Assembly: GCA_002269645.1 (NCBI GenBank)
Contig: NIVC01000894.1
Coordinates: 248,001 to 312,000 of the forward strand
Source of the DNA: Macrostomum lignano
Lineage: Eukaryota
Reading direction: 5' to 3'
DNA: 64,000 bases
Positions 12,014 through 24,400 of the stretch are shown piece by piece. The number at the start of each line of letters is the position of its first letter. Positions within the stretch are counted from its first letter, which is position 1. Under the pieces are notes generated by a model. It made no database searches. It had not been told where the DNA came from and saw nothing but the letters and a program-made list of their open reading frames with translations. The translations under genes were made by a program, and so were the position numbers.

Positions 12014-12844
12014 TCAGCTGACTGGCTCTGATTGGCTGGCCTGAGACTGCAGCTCTGGCCGCCCCAGCCGAATGCTGCAAAACTTGATGGACACAGCAGC
12101 GAACTGCTCACTCACCGCTCGATGTAGCTGGCCAGCTCTGCGTGGCCGCTTAGCCTCGCTAGGCCCGACGCCGTCCGACCCTCAGGATTCTGCAGTCCGA
12201 GCAGCCGCGACCTCTTCAAGTTTCCGTGCTGTCTGCACTCATTGAACCTGTACTGCCTGAGCAGGTGCAGCAGGTGCTTGGCGCATTTCCAGCTTCCAGT
12301 CCGCGCCGCCTCCATCAGCGGAGTGGCGCCGTTGTCGTTCCGCAGCCACTTCGCATCGAACGACAGCAGCGTCAGCAGCCGCAGGTGGTCCCGCCGGGCT
12401 GCCAGGTGCGCAGCCGTGTCGCCATTCACGTCAGCCGCCTTGGGGTTCGCGCCAAGCTCAAATAAGTACAAGATGCACTTTTCAGTGTGCACTGGAGTCT
12501 CAGGAGCGTCGGCCACCTGCATGAGGACGGTCCGACGAGCTGCATCAGCGCTGGTGACCAGCTGGCGCGTTGCCAGCCACCGCACCCGGCCGAAGTCACC
12601 TCGGATGACGAGCTGGGCGAGAGTCTGGAGATCGGCTGGTGAGTCTCCGACGCTTGCCCGGTTGTTGGGGTCCGGCTGAGTGAGTTTCTGCAACTTCAAT
12701 TGAGGCACCTAAGCTGCACATTCAAAAATGTGAGTGAGTTCTTTCAGCTGGAATCGAGCGTAAAAATATTCATGGATATCAATTTGCTCTCTCAATTTTA
12801 CTTACTCTTTCGTCAGGAAATGGTGTTGGCCCTCGCTCTGCCAT
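12014..12844 (-). CDS. Small ankyrin-repeat protein (~230 aa, 3 exons)
   Basis: Exons 12844-12806 (ATG GCA GAG, donor GTAAG), 12708-12116, 12074-12014 (after a 41-nt intron), phases compatible. Motifs RRTVLMQVA, NGDTAAHLAA, NGATPLMEAA, EGRTASGLA. Confidence 0.8.
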
Positions 12845-13436
12845 TGCTGGAAGCTCGGTCGCAGGTCGCAGCTCGGCAGGGCAGGGCAGCGGCCGCCTCT
12901 GCAGCAGATTTTATTGGCCCTGGAGCAGCTGCAGCGAATTCCTTCTCACCCTGCCTGCTCATATTGCGGATGCTGTTGCCTCTGTTGTCACGCGTTCGCA
13001 GCCTGCTGGCTCGGCCCTCAAACCTCAGCTTCGCCATTGTCCTCTGGGCATTGAGCTCGGCTGGCCTGGAGCTGCTTGGACAGCTGGGGTCGGGGCGAGT
13101 AGAGGCCACTGTCTTTTCCGCTCCGATGTGAGCGCGAGCACAGCGCGCACAGCCCCAACCCCAGCCTTCAACTCATGGCTGGGCGCCGCACAGAGGAAGG
13201 AGAGACAGAAGGAGATGCAGAGGCCGCACACAGCAGCCCAGCTGCACACAGCGGTGCCTCATCAGCTCTGCCCTATTGTCCAAAAGCCCTGCACAAATCT
13301 TACAGGCTGTGCACCTGCCTCTCTTTGCCGAATTAGCTCAGCATCTCTGCTGTATCAGTTTGAGCTTCTGAAAGTTGTTACTTGTGCCATAGACTACGAT
13401 TTAATACGCTAGCTGAGTGAGTGTGGGACAAATATT

Positions 13437-13570
13437 GTATCACCCCATCGACTGATTTACCGGCCCACATACAATACTGAGGACTGCGTTGATTGGCCAA
13501 AGCGAAGCCCTCATCAACACAGTCCTCAGTATTGTATGTGGGCCGGTAAATCAGTCCATGGGGGTGATAC
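13437..13570. mobile_element. Near-perfect palindromic foldback element / MITE (~55-bp arms)
   Basis: GTATCACCCC..ACTGATTTACCGGCCCACATACAATACTGAGGACTG is mirrored by CAGTCCTCAGTATTGTATGTGGGCCGGTAAATCAGT..GGGGTGATAC. Confidence 0.85.
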
Positions 13571-14113
13571 CTTATACTTATTATTTAATATCCATTTTTC
13601 CAATAAAAATATTGTAAACAATTAAAAAGTACATTTTAGAAAAAAATATTCTGCCAAAGTTCTGATAGTAAAAAATATGCATAACCGTGACTTCAAAATT
13701 TTTTATGAAATGATAAAAATTGTATCATTAGCAATAGGCGCAAAAGAAAAATTACAGTGCTGACTGGAAAAGCAGAATAAAAGTGTAAATACGAACGTCA
13801 CATCTCACCGCGCTAACTCGCATGTCTTTTCGCATGTCTTTTCCTCACTTTTTTTCTCTAACCTTTATGTACATAACACTGGCCTGTTCACACGCGCTCC
13901 TTCGAATAAACTTTTTCTGAATCAAGTTACAATTGAAACGGACTGAAATTATGTCCGCTAGAAGACATCGTAGCAAGGGTTCCGGAACTTTTGACGGACA
14001 GTATATAATTCAGAACCGTTGAGATACTCAATTATTTTTAAAGAATTTTCCTTCTGACCTACCTGAGGAGTAAATAGCTAAGCCAAACAAAAGGTACCGA
14101 ATTAAATTATTTA

Positions 14114-15290
14114 CCCTAACCCTTCAACCCTAACCCTTCAACCTAACCCTTCAGCCCTAACCCTTCAACCCTAACCCTTCAACACTAACCCTTCAACCCT
14201 AACCCTTCAGCCCTAACCCTTCAACCCTAACCCTTCAATCCTAACCCTTCAACCCTAAACCTTCAACCCTAACCCTTCAGCCCTAACCCTTCAGCCCTAA
14301 CCCTTCAACCCTAACCCTTCAACCCTAACCCTTCAACCCTAACCCTTCAACCCTAACCCTTTAACCCTAACCCTTCAACCCTAACCCTTCAGCCCTAACC
14401 CTTCAACCCTAACCCTTCAACCCTAACCCTTCAGCCCTAACCCTTCAACCCTAACCCTTCAACCCTAACCCTTCAACCCTAACCCTTCAGCCCTAACCCT
14501 TCAACCCTAACCCTTCAGCCCTAACCCTTCAACCCTAACCCTTCAATCCTAACCCTTCAACCCTAAACCTTCAACCCTAACCCTTCAGCCCTAACCCTTC
14601 AGCCCTAACCCTTCAACCCTAACCCTTCAACCCTAACCCTTCAACCCTAACCCTTCAACCCTAACCCTTTAACCCTAACCCTTCAACCCTAAACCTTCAA
14701 CCCTAACCCTTCAGCCCTAACCCTTCAGCCCTAACCCTTCAACCCTAACCCTTCAACCCTAACCCTTCAACCCTAACCCTTCAACCCTAACCCTTTAACC
14801 CTAACCCTTCAACCCTAACCCTTCAGCCCTAACCCTTCAACCCTAACCCTTCAACCCTAACCCTTCAGCCCTAACCCTTCAACCCTAACCCTTCAACCCT
14901 AACCCTTCAACCCTAACCCTTCAGCCCTAACCCTTCAACCCTAACCCTTCAGCCCTAACCCTTCAACCCTAACCCTTCAATCCTAACCCTTCAACCCTAA
15001 ACCTTCAACCCTAACCCTTCAGCCCTAACCCTTCAGCCCTAACCCTTCAACCCTAACCCTTCAACCCTAACCCTTCAACCCTAACCCTTCAACCCTAACC
15101 CTTTAACCCTAACCCTTCAACCCTAACCCTTCAGCCCTAACCCTTCAACCCTAACCCTTCAACCCTAACCCTTCAGCCCTAACCCTTCAACCCTAACCCT
15201 TCAACCCTAACCCTTCAACCCTAACCCTTCAACCCTAACCCTTCAACCCTAACCCTTCAACCCTAACCCTGAACCCTAACCCTGAACCCT
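14114..15290. repeat. Telomere-like 14-bp minisatellite (CCCTAACCCTTCAA)n, about 84 units
   Basis: Each unit contains CCCTAA (TTAGGG on the minus strand); variant units recur in blocks. Confidence 0.95.
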
Positions 15291-15797
15291 GTTATTAAGA
15301 CTCATGAGTAGTGCAGCGATAACTATATCAATTTAGCTTCAATGGCGAACCATTTTAGCATACTCAAACATTTTCAGTGCGATTCCAGTAGAACTCAAAA
15401 CCGTAGTACCTTGTAGAAATTTTTTTCAAAACATTTTCAGCAAAAATACTCGTATCAGTTTTGTGGTTGCTGTGCATTTCAGCGGCTTATAACAAAGAAT
15501 AAATTAAGACATTTTCCTAATTGAAATTTTATCGAGCGTAAAGGTGGCGTAACCCGGTGCATCTACTGGTTGTACACACGACCGCACAAGCCCGCTTCGC
15601 ATGGGGTTGTACGACATTCATAACTTCACATTTTTTTAAAAGTCAAAAGACTCAAAATGAAACTCGTATATGTAAATTGGGGGCCCGGCAATATTTTTAC
15701 CCATACATGTAGGGCCACCCCAGTGCATGACTGTGGCCCAGAGGAGAGGAGAGAGATCGTTTCAGAGGGAATAGAGAAGAAAGAAGACAGGAGAGAG

Positions 15798-16960
15798 GGG
15801 CTGAGTGGGGATGATGCTGAGTGGGGATGATGCTGAGTGGGGATGATGCTGAGGGGGGATGATGCTGAGGGGGGATGATGCTGAAGGGGGATGAAGCTCA
15901 GGGCGGATGATGATGAGGGGGATGATGCTTAGGGCGGATGATGCTGAAGGGGGATGAAGCTCAGGGCGGATGATGATGAGGGGGATGATGCTTAGGGCGG
16001 ATGATGATGAGGGGGGATGATGCTGAGGGGGATGATGCTGAGGGGAGATGATGCTGAGGGGGGATGATGCTGAGGGGGATGATGCTGAAGGGGGATGATG
16101 CTGAGGGGGGATGATGCTGAGGGGGATGATGCTGAGGGGGATGATGCTGAGGGGGATGATGCTGAGGGGGATGATGCTGAGGGGGGATGATGCTGAGGGG
16201 AGATGATGCTGAGGGGGGATGATGCTGAGGGGGGATGATGCTGAAGGGGGATGAAGCTCAGGGCGGATGATGATGAGGGGGGATAATGCGCAGGGCGGAT
16301 GATGATGAGGGGGATGATGCTTAGGGTGGATGATGATGAGGGGGGATTATGGTATGGGTGATGATGGTGATGGGGGATGATGGTGATGGGGGATGATGGT
16401 GGTGGGTGATGATGGTGATGGGTGATGATGGTGATGGGGGATGATGGTGATGGGGGATGATGGTGATGGGGGATGATGGTGATGGGGGATGATGGTGATG
16501 GGTGATGATGGTGATGGGGGATGATGGTGATGAGGGATGATGGTGATGGGGGTGATGGTGATGGGTGATGATGGTGATGGGGGATGATGCTGAGGGGGAT
16601 GATGGTGATGGGTGATGATGGTGATGGGGGATGATGGTGATGGGGGATGATGGTGATGGGGGATGATGGTGATGGGGGATGATGGTGATGGGGATGATGG
16701 TGAGGGAGGTGATGGTGATGGGGGATGATGGTGATGGGGGATGATGGTGATGGGGGATGATGGTGATGGGGGATGATGGTGATGGGGATGATGCTGAGGG
16801 GATGATGGTGATGGGTGATGATGGTGATGGGGATGATGGTGATGGGGATGATGGTGATGGGGGATGATGGTGATGGGGGATGATGGTGATGGGGGATGAT
16901 GGTGAGGGAGGTGATGGTGAGGGGAATGTTGCTGAGGTGTGAATGATGCTGAAGGGGGAT
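15798..16960. repeat. G-rich 15-16 bp minisatellites (GATGATGCTGAGGGG then GATGATGGTGATGGGG)
   Basis: Directly visible; two sub-arrays. Confidence 0.95.
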
Positions 16961-17598
16961 TGATGTTTAATTCCCCTGCGGAATCTCTATTTTCTGACCA
17001 AAACGATAGGAGCGATGCGGATTATTCCAGTTTGAAGTTGCGCTTTTTACCATAGATACAGGGGTACATGAGCAAAGCGTCTGTCAGGGTGAAACGAGGA
17101 ACAAAAAACTCTGCATACTTGTTTTCTGCGGCTTTTGTTTTGACAGCAACTGAAGGAACAGACAAATATTGCATGTGTATAGGTACTGGTACCTCTAGGT
17201 ATTGCTCAATCATTATTGAATAGCCTGTTTTCCTATAAAAATATGGAAAACAATTAAAAAGTAAATTTTCAAAGAAATACTATGCAAACGTTCTGATAGT
17301 AAAAGCTATTCAAGTACATGACCGTGACTTCAAAAAAGTTCTATGAAATGATAAAAATTTGTATCATTGGCAAGAGGCGCAAATGAAAACTACAGTGCTG
17401 ACTTAGAAAGCTGAATAAAAAGTGTCTTAGCTTCACATCTTACCGCGCTAACTCCGCATTGGTAAAACTAAGGAATTAATTATTGTACATGCAGATAAGC
17501 CTTAAAGCTGAATCATGAACTGAATGAATATGAAATAGAGGTCACGAACAATAGGTCAAATACCGGCAGGACTCATTTTGCACCCCTGCAATCCGTGC

Positions 17599-18354
17599 TC
17601 ATTCAGCTCCTTCCGGCAGCAGGACCACTCGAGCAGCGAAGGAGCTTCCATCAGGCAGACTGAGCAGCTGGGCCCTGCTGAGTCGAGCCGGAGCTCGAAT
17701 CTCAATGGAATTCCGTTCCCGTTCTTCAACTCCAGCTGCCTCCGGTCTGTCCAGCAGCCTCCGCTGATCGGCCGGAAGTCTCTCCGGAAGCAGAGTCGCT
17801 GAGCTCCCTTCAAGAAGAAGCTGCCGGTGGCCGTCCGGAGGAAAAACGGCGACCCGGACAGTCGACCGGAACGGCCACCGCAGAGTTCGGTCGTACGGCG
17901 TCGGTCGCAGCCGCAGCCGGAAGCGAAACTCGGCGCCAGTCGGAGACTCGAGCAGGCTGGTCTGAATGTCCAGGCCGTAGCCGAACTGCTGCGTGAGGCA
18001 GCGGTGCCAGCCGGGGTCCTCAGCGAGCAGATCCCGGATGCTCAGCTCGAACACGGAGATCACGCGCTCGCTGTGTGCCTCCAATCGATGCAGCCTCCTA
18101 TTGAGCTCGTCGATTTCCAACTGTTTTCTACGAATTTCCTGCTGGTTTTTCCTGACGCTTTGCGTCAAACGATCGACTGTCTGTTGAAGATTGCGCAGCT
18201 TGTCGCTCGCCAAGCGTATGTGCTCATGCCTGCCGTCAGGGGACTCATAGTGTTGCTTCTCAGACTGCGGGTCATTGAACACGAATCTACAGCCGAAATC
18301 GTAGAAGTCGCAACGGTATTCTCCAGCTGGCACCCGAGCTGTCATTGAGTCCAT
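17599..18354 (-). CDS. RING-less TRAF-like protein (TRAF Zn finger, coiled coil, divergent MATH), copy 1, intronless
   Basis: CDFYDFGCRF...HYE...HEH Zn finger; heptad region LRNLQQTVDRL...LHRLE; YDRTLRWPFRSTV resembles the TRAF MATH motif YDxxLxWPF. Confidence 0.8.
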   Translation of the reverse strand: MDSMTARVPAGEYRCDFYDFGCRFVFNDPQSEKQHYESPDGRHEHIRLASDKLRNLQQTVDRLTQSVRKNQQEIRRKQLEIDELNRRLHRLEAHSERVISVFELSIRDLLAEDPGWHRCLTQQFGYGLDIQTSLLESPTGAEFRFRLRLRPTPYDRTLRWPFRSTVRVAVFPPDGHRQLLLEGSSATLLPERLPADQRRLLDRPEAAGVEERERNSIEIRAPARLSRAQLLSLPDGSSFAARVVLLPEGAE

Positions 18355-18961
18355 TTTGTTATTTTGTTGTAGCTTTTCTTTCTTATTGTGGCTGAAAACT
18401 GTGGTTTCGCGCTGTCCATGCGGTCACCATCTATAGCGTTTTTTCAGTGGCTGGTTGACAGCCTATATAGCTAAAGGATGCGTCGTTGGGGTAGGTTGAA
18501 GGGCACATCGGCATTAGACTAGAGACTGCACGTAGTTTAATTATGCACTAGGAAATAACATGGCGCTTATTCTTCCAGTAACTCTACTGAGAGTAATTCT
18601 GCTTGGCCACGTCTACTAATTCTTCTAAAGAGTCCTCTACCTGAAAAATGCTTTACTGCCATACGCTTGTAAGCAACTCATATAAGTTGAGTTGTGTGCA
18701 TTTGCAGCACGTTTGAAGTTGATATATAATTCAGGACCGTTGAGATACTCAATTATTTTAAAATTTTTTTCCTTCTGACCTACCTGAAGGAGTAAATAGC
18801 TAAGCCAAACAAAAGGTACCGAACTGAATTATTTACTATGTACGCGCTCGTAGTATGCTAAGTATTTATGAGTTCATGTAGCTCCATATTCCTTGAGCAG
18901 ACTTTGTTATGGCAGTGCAATTCAGCACACAGTACAAGCAATATACGTAAGAAGAGAGACG

Positions 18962-19538
18962 ACCCTAACCCTTCAACCCTAACCCTTCAACCCAAACCCT
19001 TCAACCCTAAACCTTCAACCCTAACCCTTCAACCCAAACCCTTCAACCCTAAACCTTCAACCCTAACCCTTCAACCCTAACCCTTCAACCCTAACCCTTC
19101 AACCCTAACCCTTCAACCCTAACCCTTCAACCCTAACCCTTCAACCCTAAACCTTCAACCCAAACCCTTCAACCCTAAACCTTCAACCCTAACCCTTCAA
19201 CCCAAACCCTTCAACCCTAAACCTTCAACCCTAACCCTTCAACCCTAACCCTTCAACCCTAACCCTTCAACCCTAACCCTTCAACCCTAACCCTTCAGCC
19301 CTAACCCTTCAACCCTAACCCTTCAGCCCTAACCCTTCAACCCTAACCCTTCAACCCGAACCCTTCAACCCTAACCCTTCAACCCTAACCCTTCAACCCT
19401 AACCCTTCAACCCTAACCCTTCAACCCTAACCCTTCAGCCCTAACCCTTCAACCCTAACCCTTCAACCCTAACCCTTCAACCCTAACCCTTCAACCCTAA
19501 CCCTTCAACCCTAACCCTGAACCCTAACCCTGAACCCT
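18962..19538. repeat. Telomere-like (CCCTAACCCTTCAA)n, about 41 units
   Basis: Same unit as 14114-15290. Confidence 0.95.
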
Positions 19539-20044
19539 GTTATTAAGACTCATGAGTAGTGCAGCGATAACTATATCAATTTAGCTTCAATGGCGAACCA
19601 TTTTAGCATACTCAAACATTTTCAGTGCGATTCCAGTAGAACTCAAAACCGTAGTACCTTGTAGAAATTTTTTCAAAACATTTTCAGCAAAAATACTCGT
19701 ATCAGTTTTGTGGTTGCTGTGCATTTCAGCGGCTTATAACAAAGAATAAATTAAGACATTTTCCTAATTGAAATTTTATCGAGCGTAAAGGTGGCGTAAC
19801 CCGGTGCATCTACTGGTTGTACACACGACCGCACAAGCCCGCTTCGCATGGGGTTGTACGACATTCATAACTTCACATTTTTTTAAAAGTCAAAAGACTC
19901 AAAATGAAACTCGTATATGTAAATTGGGGGCCCGGCAATATTTTTACCCATACATGTAGGGCCACCCCAGTGCATGACTGTGGCCCAGAGGAGAGGAGAG
20001 AGATCGTTTCAGAGGGAATAGAGAAGAAAGAAGACAGGAGAGAG

Positions 20045-21660
20045 GGGCTGAGTGGGGATGATGCTGAGTGGGGATGATGCTGAGTGGGGATGATGCTGAG
20101 GGGGGATGATGCTGAGGGGGGATGATGCTGAAGGGGGATGAAGCTCAGGGCGGATGATGATGAGGGGGATGATGCTTAGGGCGGATGATGCTGAAGGGGA
20201 TGAAGCTCAGGGCGGATGATGATGAGGGGGATGATGCTTAGGGCGGATGATGATGAGGGGGATGATGCTGAGGGGGGATGATGCTGAGGGGAGATGATGC
20301 TGAGGGGGATGATGCTGAGGGGGGATGATGCTGAGTGGGGATGATGCTGAGTGGGGATGATGCTGAGGGGGATGATGCTGAGGGGGGATGATGCTGAAGG
20401 GGGATGAAGCTCAGGGCGGATGATGATGAGGGGGATGATGCTTAGGGCGGATGATGATGAGGGGGATGATGCTTAGGGCGGATGATGATGAGGGGGGATG
20501 ATGCTGAGGGGGGATGATGCTGAGGGGAGATGATGCTGAGGGGGATGATGCTTAGGGCGGATGATGATGAGGGGGGATGATGATGAGGGGGGATGATGCT
20601 TAGGGCGGATGATGATGAGGGGGATGATGCGCAGGGCGCAGGGCGGATGATGATGAGGGGGGATGATGCGCAGGGCGCAGGGCGGATGATGCTGAGGGGG
20701 GATGATGCTGAGGGGGGATGATGCTGAGGGGGGATGATGCTTAGGGCGGATGATGATGAGGGGGGGATGATGCTTAGGGCGGATGATGCTGAGGGGGGAT
20801 GATGCTGAGGGGGGATGATGCTGAGGGGGGATGATGCTTAGGGCGGATGATGATGAGGGGGGATGATGCTTAGGGCGGATGATGCTGAGGGGGATGATGC
20901 TGAGGGGGATGATGCTGAGGGGGATGATGCTTAGGGCGGATGATGATGAGGGGGGATGATGCGCAGGGTGGATGATGATGAGGGGGATGATGCGCAGGGC
21001 GGATGATGATGAGAGGGGATGATGCGCAGGGCGGATGATGATGAGGGGGATGATGCTGAGGGGGGATGATGCTGAGAGGGGATGATGCTGAGGGGGGATG
21101 ATGCTGAGGGGGATGATGCTGAGGGGGATGATGCTGAAGGGGGATGATGCTGAGGGGGGATGATGCTGAGAGGGGATGATGCTGAGGGGGGATGATGCTG
21201 AGGGGCGATGATGCTGAGGGGGGATGATGCTTAGGGCGGATGATGATGAGGTGGGATGATGCGCAGGGCGGATGATGATGAGGGGGGATGATGCTTAGGG
21301 CGGATGATGATGAGGGGGGGATGATGCGCAGGGTGGATGATGATGAGGGGGGGATGATGCGCAGGGTGGATGATGATGAGGGGGATGATGCGCAGGGCGG
21401 ATGATGATGAGGGGGGATTATGGTATGGGTGATGATGGTGATGGGGGATGATGGTGATGGGGGATGATGGTGATGGGGATGATGGTGATGGGGGATGATG
21501 GTGATGGGGGATGATGGTGATGGGGGATGATGGTGATGGGGGATGATGGTGATGGGGGATGATGGTGATGGGTGATGATGGTGATGGGGGATGATGTTGA
21601 GGGAGGTGATGGTGAGGGGAATGTTGCTGAGGTGTGAATGATGCTGAAGGGGGATTGATG
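20045..21660. repeat. G-rich 15-16 bp minisatellites, second copy
   Basis: Same units as 15798-16960 with different copy numbers. Confidence 0.95.
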
Positions 21661-22293
21661 TTTAATTCCCCTGCGGAATCTAAAATTTCTGACCAAAACG
21701 ATAGGAGCGATGCGGATTATTCCAGTTTGAAGTTGCGCTTTTTACCATAGATACAGGGGTACATGAGCAAAGCGTCTGTCAGGGTGAAACGAGGAACAAA
21801 AAACTCTGCATACTTGTTTTCTGCGGCTTTTGTTTTGACAGCAACTGAAGGAACAGACAAATATTGCATGTGTATAGGTACTGGTACCTCTAGGTATTGC
21901 TCAATCATTATTGAATAGCCTGTTTTCCTATAAAAATATGGAAAACAATTAAAAAGTAAATTTTCAAAGAAATACTATGCAAACGTTCTGATAGTAAAAG
22001 CTATTCAAGTACATGACCGTGACTTCAAAAAAGTTCTATGAAATGATAAAAATTTGTATCATTGGCAAGAGGCGCAAATGAAAACTACAGTGCTGACTTA
22101 GAAAGCTGAATAAAAAGTGTCTTAGCTTCACATCTTACCGCGCTAACTCCGCATTGGTAAAACTAAGGAATTAATTATTGTACATGCAGATAAGCCTTAA
22201 AGCTGAATCATGAACTGAATGAATATGAAATAGAGGTCACGAACAATAGGTCAAATACCGGCAGGACTCATTTTGCACCCCTGCAATCCGTGC

Positions 22294-23040
22294 TCATTCA
22301 GCTCCTTCCGGCAGCAGGACCACTCGAGCAGCGAAGGAGCTTCCATCAGGCAGACTGAGCAGCTGGGCCCTGCTGAGTCGAGCCGGAGCTCGAATCTCAA
22401 TGGAATTCCGTTCCCGTTCTTCAACTCCAGCTGCCTCCGGTCTGTCCAGCAGCCTCCGCTGATCGGCCGGAAGTCTCTCCGGAAGCAGAGTCGCTGAGCT
22501 CCCTTCAAGAAGAAGCTGCCGGTGGCCGTCCGGAGGAAAAACGGCGACCCGGACAGTCGACCGGAACGGCCACCGCAGAGTTCGGTCGTACGGCGTCGGT
22601 CGCAGCCGCAGCCGGAAGCGAAACTCGGCGCCAGTCGGAGACTCGAGCAGGCTGGTCTGAATGTCCAGGCCGTAGCCGAACTGCTGCGTGAGGCAGCGGT
22701 GCCAGCCGGGGTCCTCAGCGAGCAGATCCCGGATGCTCAGCTCGAACACGGAGATCACGCGCTCGCTGTGTGCCTCCAATCGATGCAGCCTCCTATTGAG
22801 CTCGTCGATTTCCAACTGTTTTCTACGAATTTCCTGCTGGTTTTTCCTGACGCTTTGCGTCAAACGATCGACTGTCTGTTGAAGATTGCGCAGCTTGTCG
22901 CTCGCCAAGCGTATGTGCTCATGCCTGCCGTCAGGGGACTCATAGTGTTGAGTCTCAGACTGCGGGCCGTTGGACACGAATCTGCAGCCGAAATCGGAGA
23001 AGTCGCAGCGGTATTCTCCAGCTGGCACCCGAGCCGTCAT
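22294..23040 (-). CDS. RING-less TRAF-like protein, copy 2 (alternative upstream ATG at 23121)
   Basis: Identical to copy 1 except in the N-terminal Zn-finger region (Y>S, F>S, D>G, K>T plus silent changes). Confidence 0.8.
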   Translation of the reverse strand: MTARVPAGEYRCDFSDFGCRFVSNGPQSETQHYESPDGRHEHIRLASDKLRNLQQTVDRLTQSVRKNQQEIRRKQLEIDELNRRLHRLEAHSERVISVFELSIRDLLAEDPGWHRCLTQQFGYGLDIQTSLLESPTGAEFRFRLRLRPTPYDRTLRWPFRSTVRVAVFPPDGHRQLLLEGSSATLLPERLPADQRRLLDRPEAAGVEERERNSIEIRAPARLSRAQLLSLPDGSSFAARVVLLPEGAE

Positions 23041-23400
23041 AGAGTCGATTGATTTTGTTACTTTGTTGTAGCTTTTCTTTCGATTGTGGCTGACTGAAAA
23101 TGGTGTTTTTGCGATGCCCATGCGGTAACGCTAGCGTTTTGTCAGTGAGTGGTCGACAGCTAATATAAAGAATGCACCGCAGTGGTAGGTTGGGGCAATA
23201 TCCAACGACGCAATTAGATTTTTACCGACATTAGACTAGACCACACGTAGTTTAATTTTGCAATACTCGTAGGAGAGAACGTGGCGCGTATTCTTCGGTA
23301 ATAACTCTACTAAGAGTAATTCTACTAGGCTACGTCTACTAATTCTACTTAGGGAGACCCCTACATGAAAAATGTTTTACAGGCCTACTACATGCTTCAA

Positions 23401-23958
23401 CAACCAACCCTTCAACCCTAACCCTTCAACCCTAACCCTTCAAACCCGAACCCGTGAGCCCTAACCCGTTAACCCTAACTCTTTTAGCGTAACCCCAGCT
23501 TTACTCTGACCCTTTTACTCTAAACGTTCAACCCAGGGACAACTGGTTTAACGGGTCCCTGGTTCGATCCTATCCTATCTCCTTCAACCCTAACCTTTAA
23601 ATTTAACCCTGAACCCTATATAAGTAGTACAGTGATGACACTCCATGATTCAATTACTAAATAGTCGAATACATATACTTGAATACCTGCAGTACGATTC
23701 CTTGCGAACAATTGCAGAATTTTTTCAAAACACCCAGCGGAAATATCAGTTCTTGCGTTTACTGCGCAAATTTCGCCGCTTACATCAAAGAAATGAAGAC
23801 ATTTTTCGAATTGAAATTTTACTGAGCGTAAAGGTGGCATAAGCCCATCTATTTCCTGTACACACGATGTCACAAGTCGGCACCGCATTTGGTTTCACAA
23901 TTCAGTCACAACTTCAACTATCGTTGTAAGACTCAAAATTAAACTTTTATATCTAGAC
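23401..23958. repeat. Older diverged copy of the dispersed element headed by the telomere-like repeat (only ~3 clean units)
   Basis: GACATTTTTCGAATTGAAATTTTACTGAGCGTAAAGGTGGC and AAGACTCAAAA match 15508-15660 and 19755-19905. Confidence 0.75.
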
Positions 23959-24400
23959 CTGGCGTCAACAACATTTCTTTACCTCTAGGGCCACCAAGTG
24001 GAAGACTGCGGCTTAGAGGAGGAGAGAAGACAGATAGGAGAAAGGAGAGGCGAGGGAATAGAGGAAAGGAGAGGAGAGGAGAGGAGAGGAGAGGAGAGGA
24101 GAGGAGAGGAGAGGAGAGGAGAGGAGAGGAGAGGAGAGGAGAGGAGAGGAGAGGAGAGGAGAGGAGAGGAGAGGAGAGGAGAGGAGAGGAGAGTATGTAG
24201 AGGAGAAAATGGAGAGGAGAGAAGCGAGAGGCGAAAAGGGAGAGAAAAGAAAAGGGATTATTAGAGTTAGAGAGCTAAAGAGACAAGCCTTGGGCGAGCT
24301 GGATTGCCATTGTGAAGTTTGAAAGGACCCGAGGGTCAGATAGAGAGGCTTCGCAGGCCGCACGTGGCCCGATGACCGCGGAGATTGCCGACCTCAGCTG
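23959..24400. mobile_element. hAT-like MITE containing a (GAGGA)n array at 24067-24192
   Basis: Right end TTGCCGACCTC and internal GCCATTGTGAA..AAAGGACCCGAGGGTC..ATAGAGAGGCTTCG are shared with the element at 61268-61614. Confidence 0.5.

Larger units (their letters stand above)
14005..18420. repeat. Segmental duplication unit 1 (paired with ~18725-23110)
   Basis: Unique sequence 15290-15800 and 16960-18250 is almost identical to 19538-20045 and 21660-22950; 14005-14112 matches 18725-18835. Confidence 0.9.
18725..23110. repeat. Segmental duplication unit 2
   Basis: Same order of elements as unit 1, offset by about 4.7 kb. Confidence 0.9.

Noticed and set aside
7551-12116. Joining the 12-kb ankyrin gene to the ankyrin-kinase gene
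   Set aside because: The donor at 12116 is phase 2, while the exon at 7551 needs phase 0 (the other reading hits a stop); a local terminal exon exists 41 nt downstream.
14114-15290. True telomere or chromosome-fusion site
   Set aside because: The unit is a 14-mer rather than pure TTAGGG, there is no head-to-head inversion, and it recurs inside a dispersed element.
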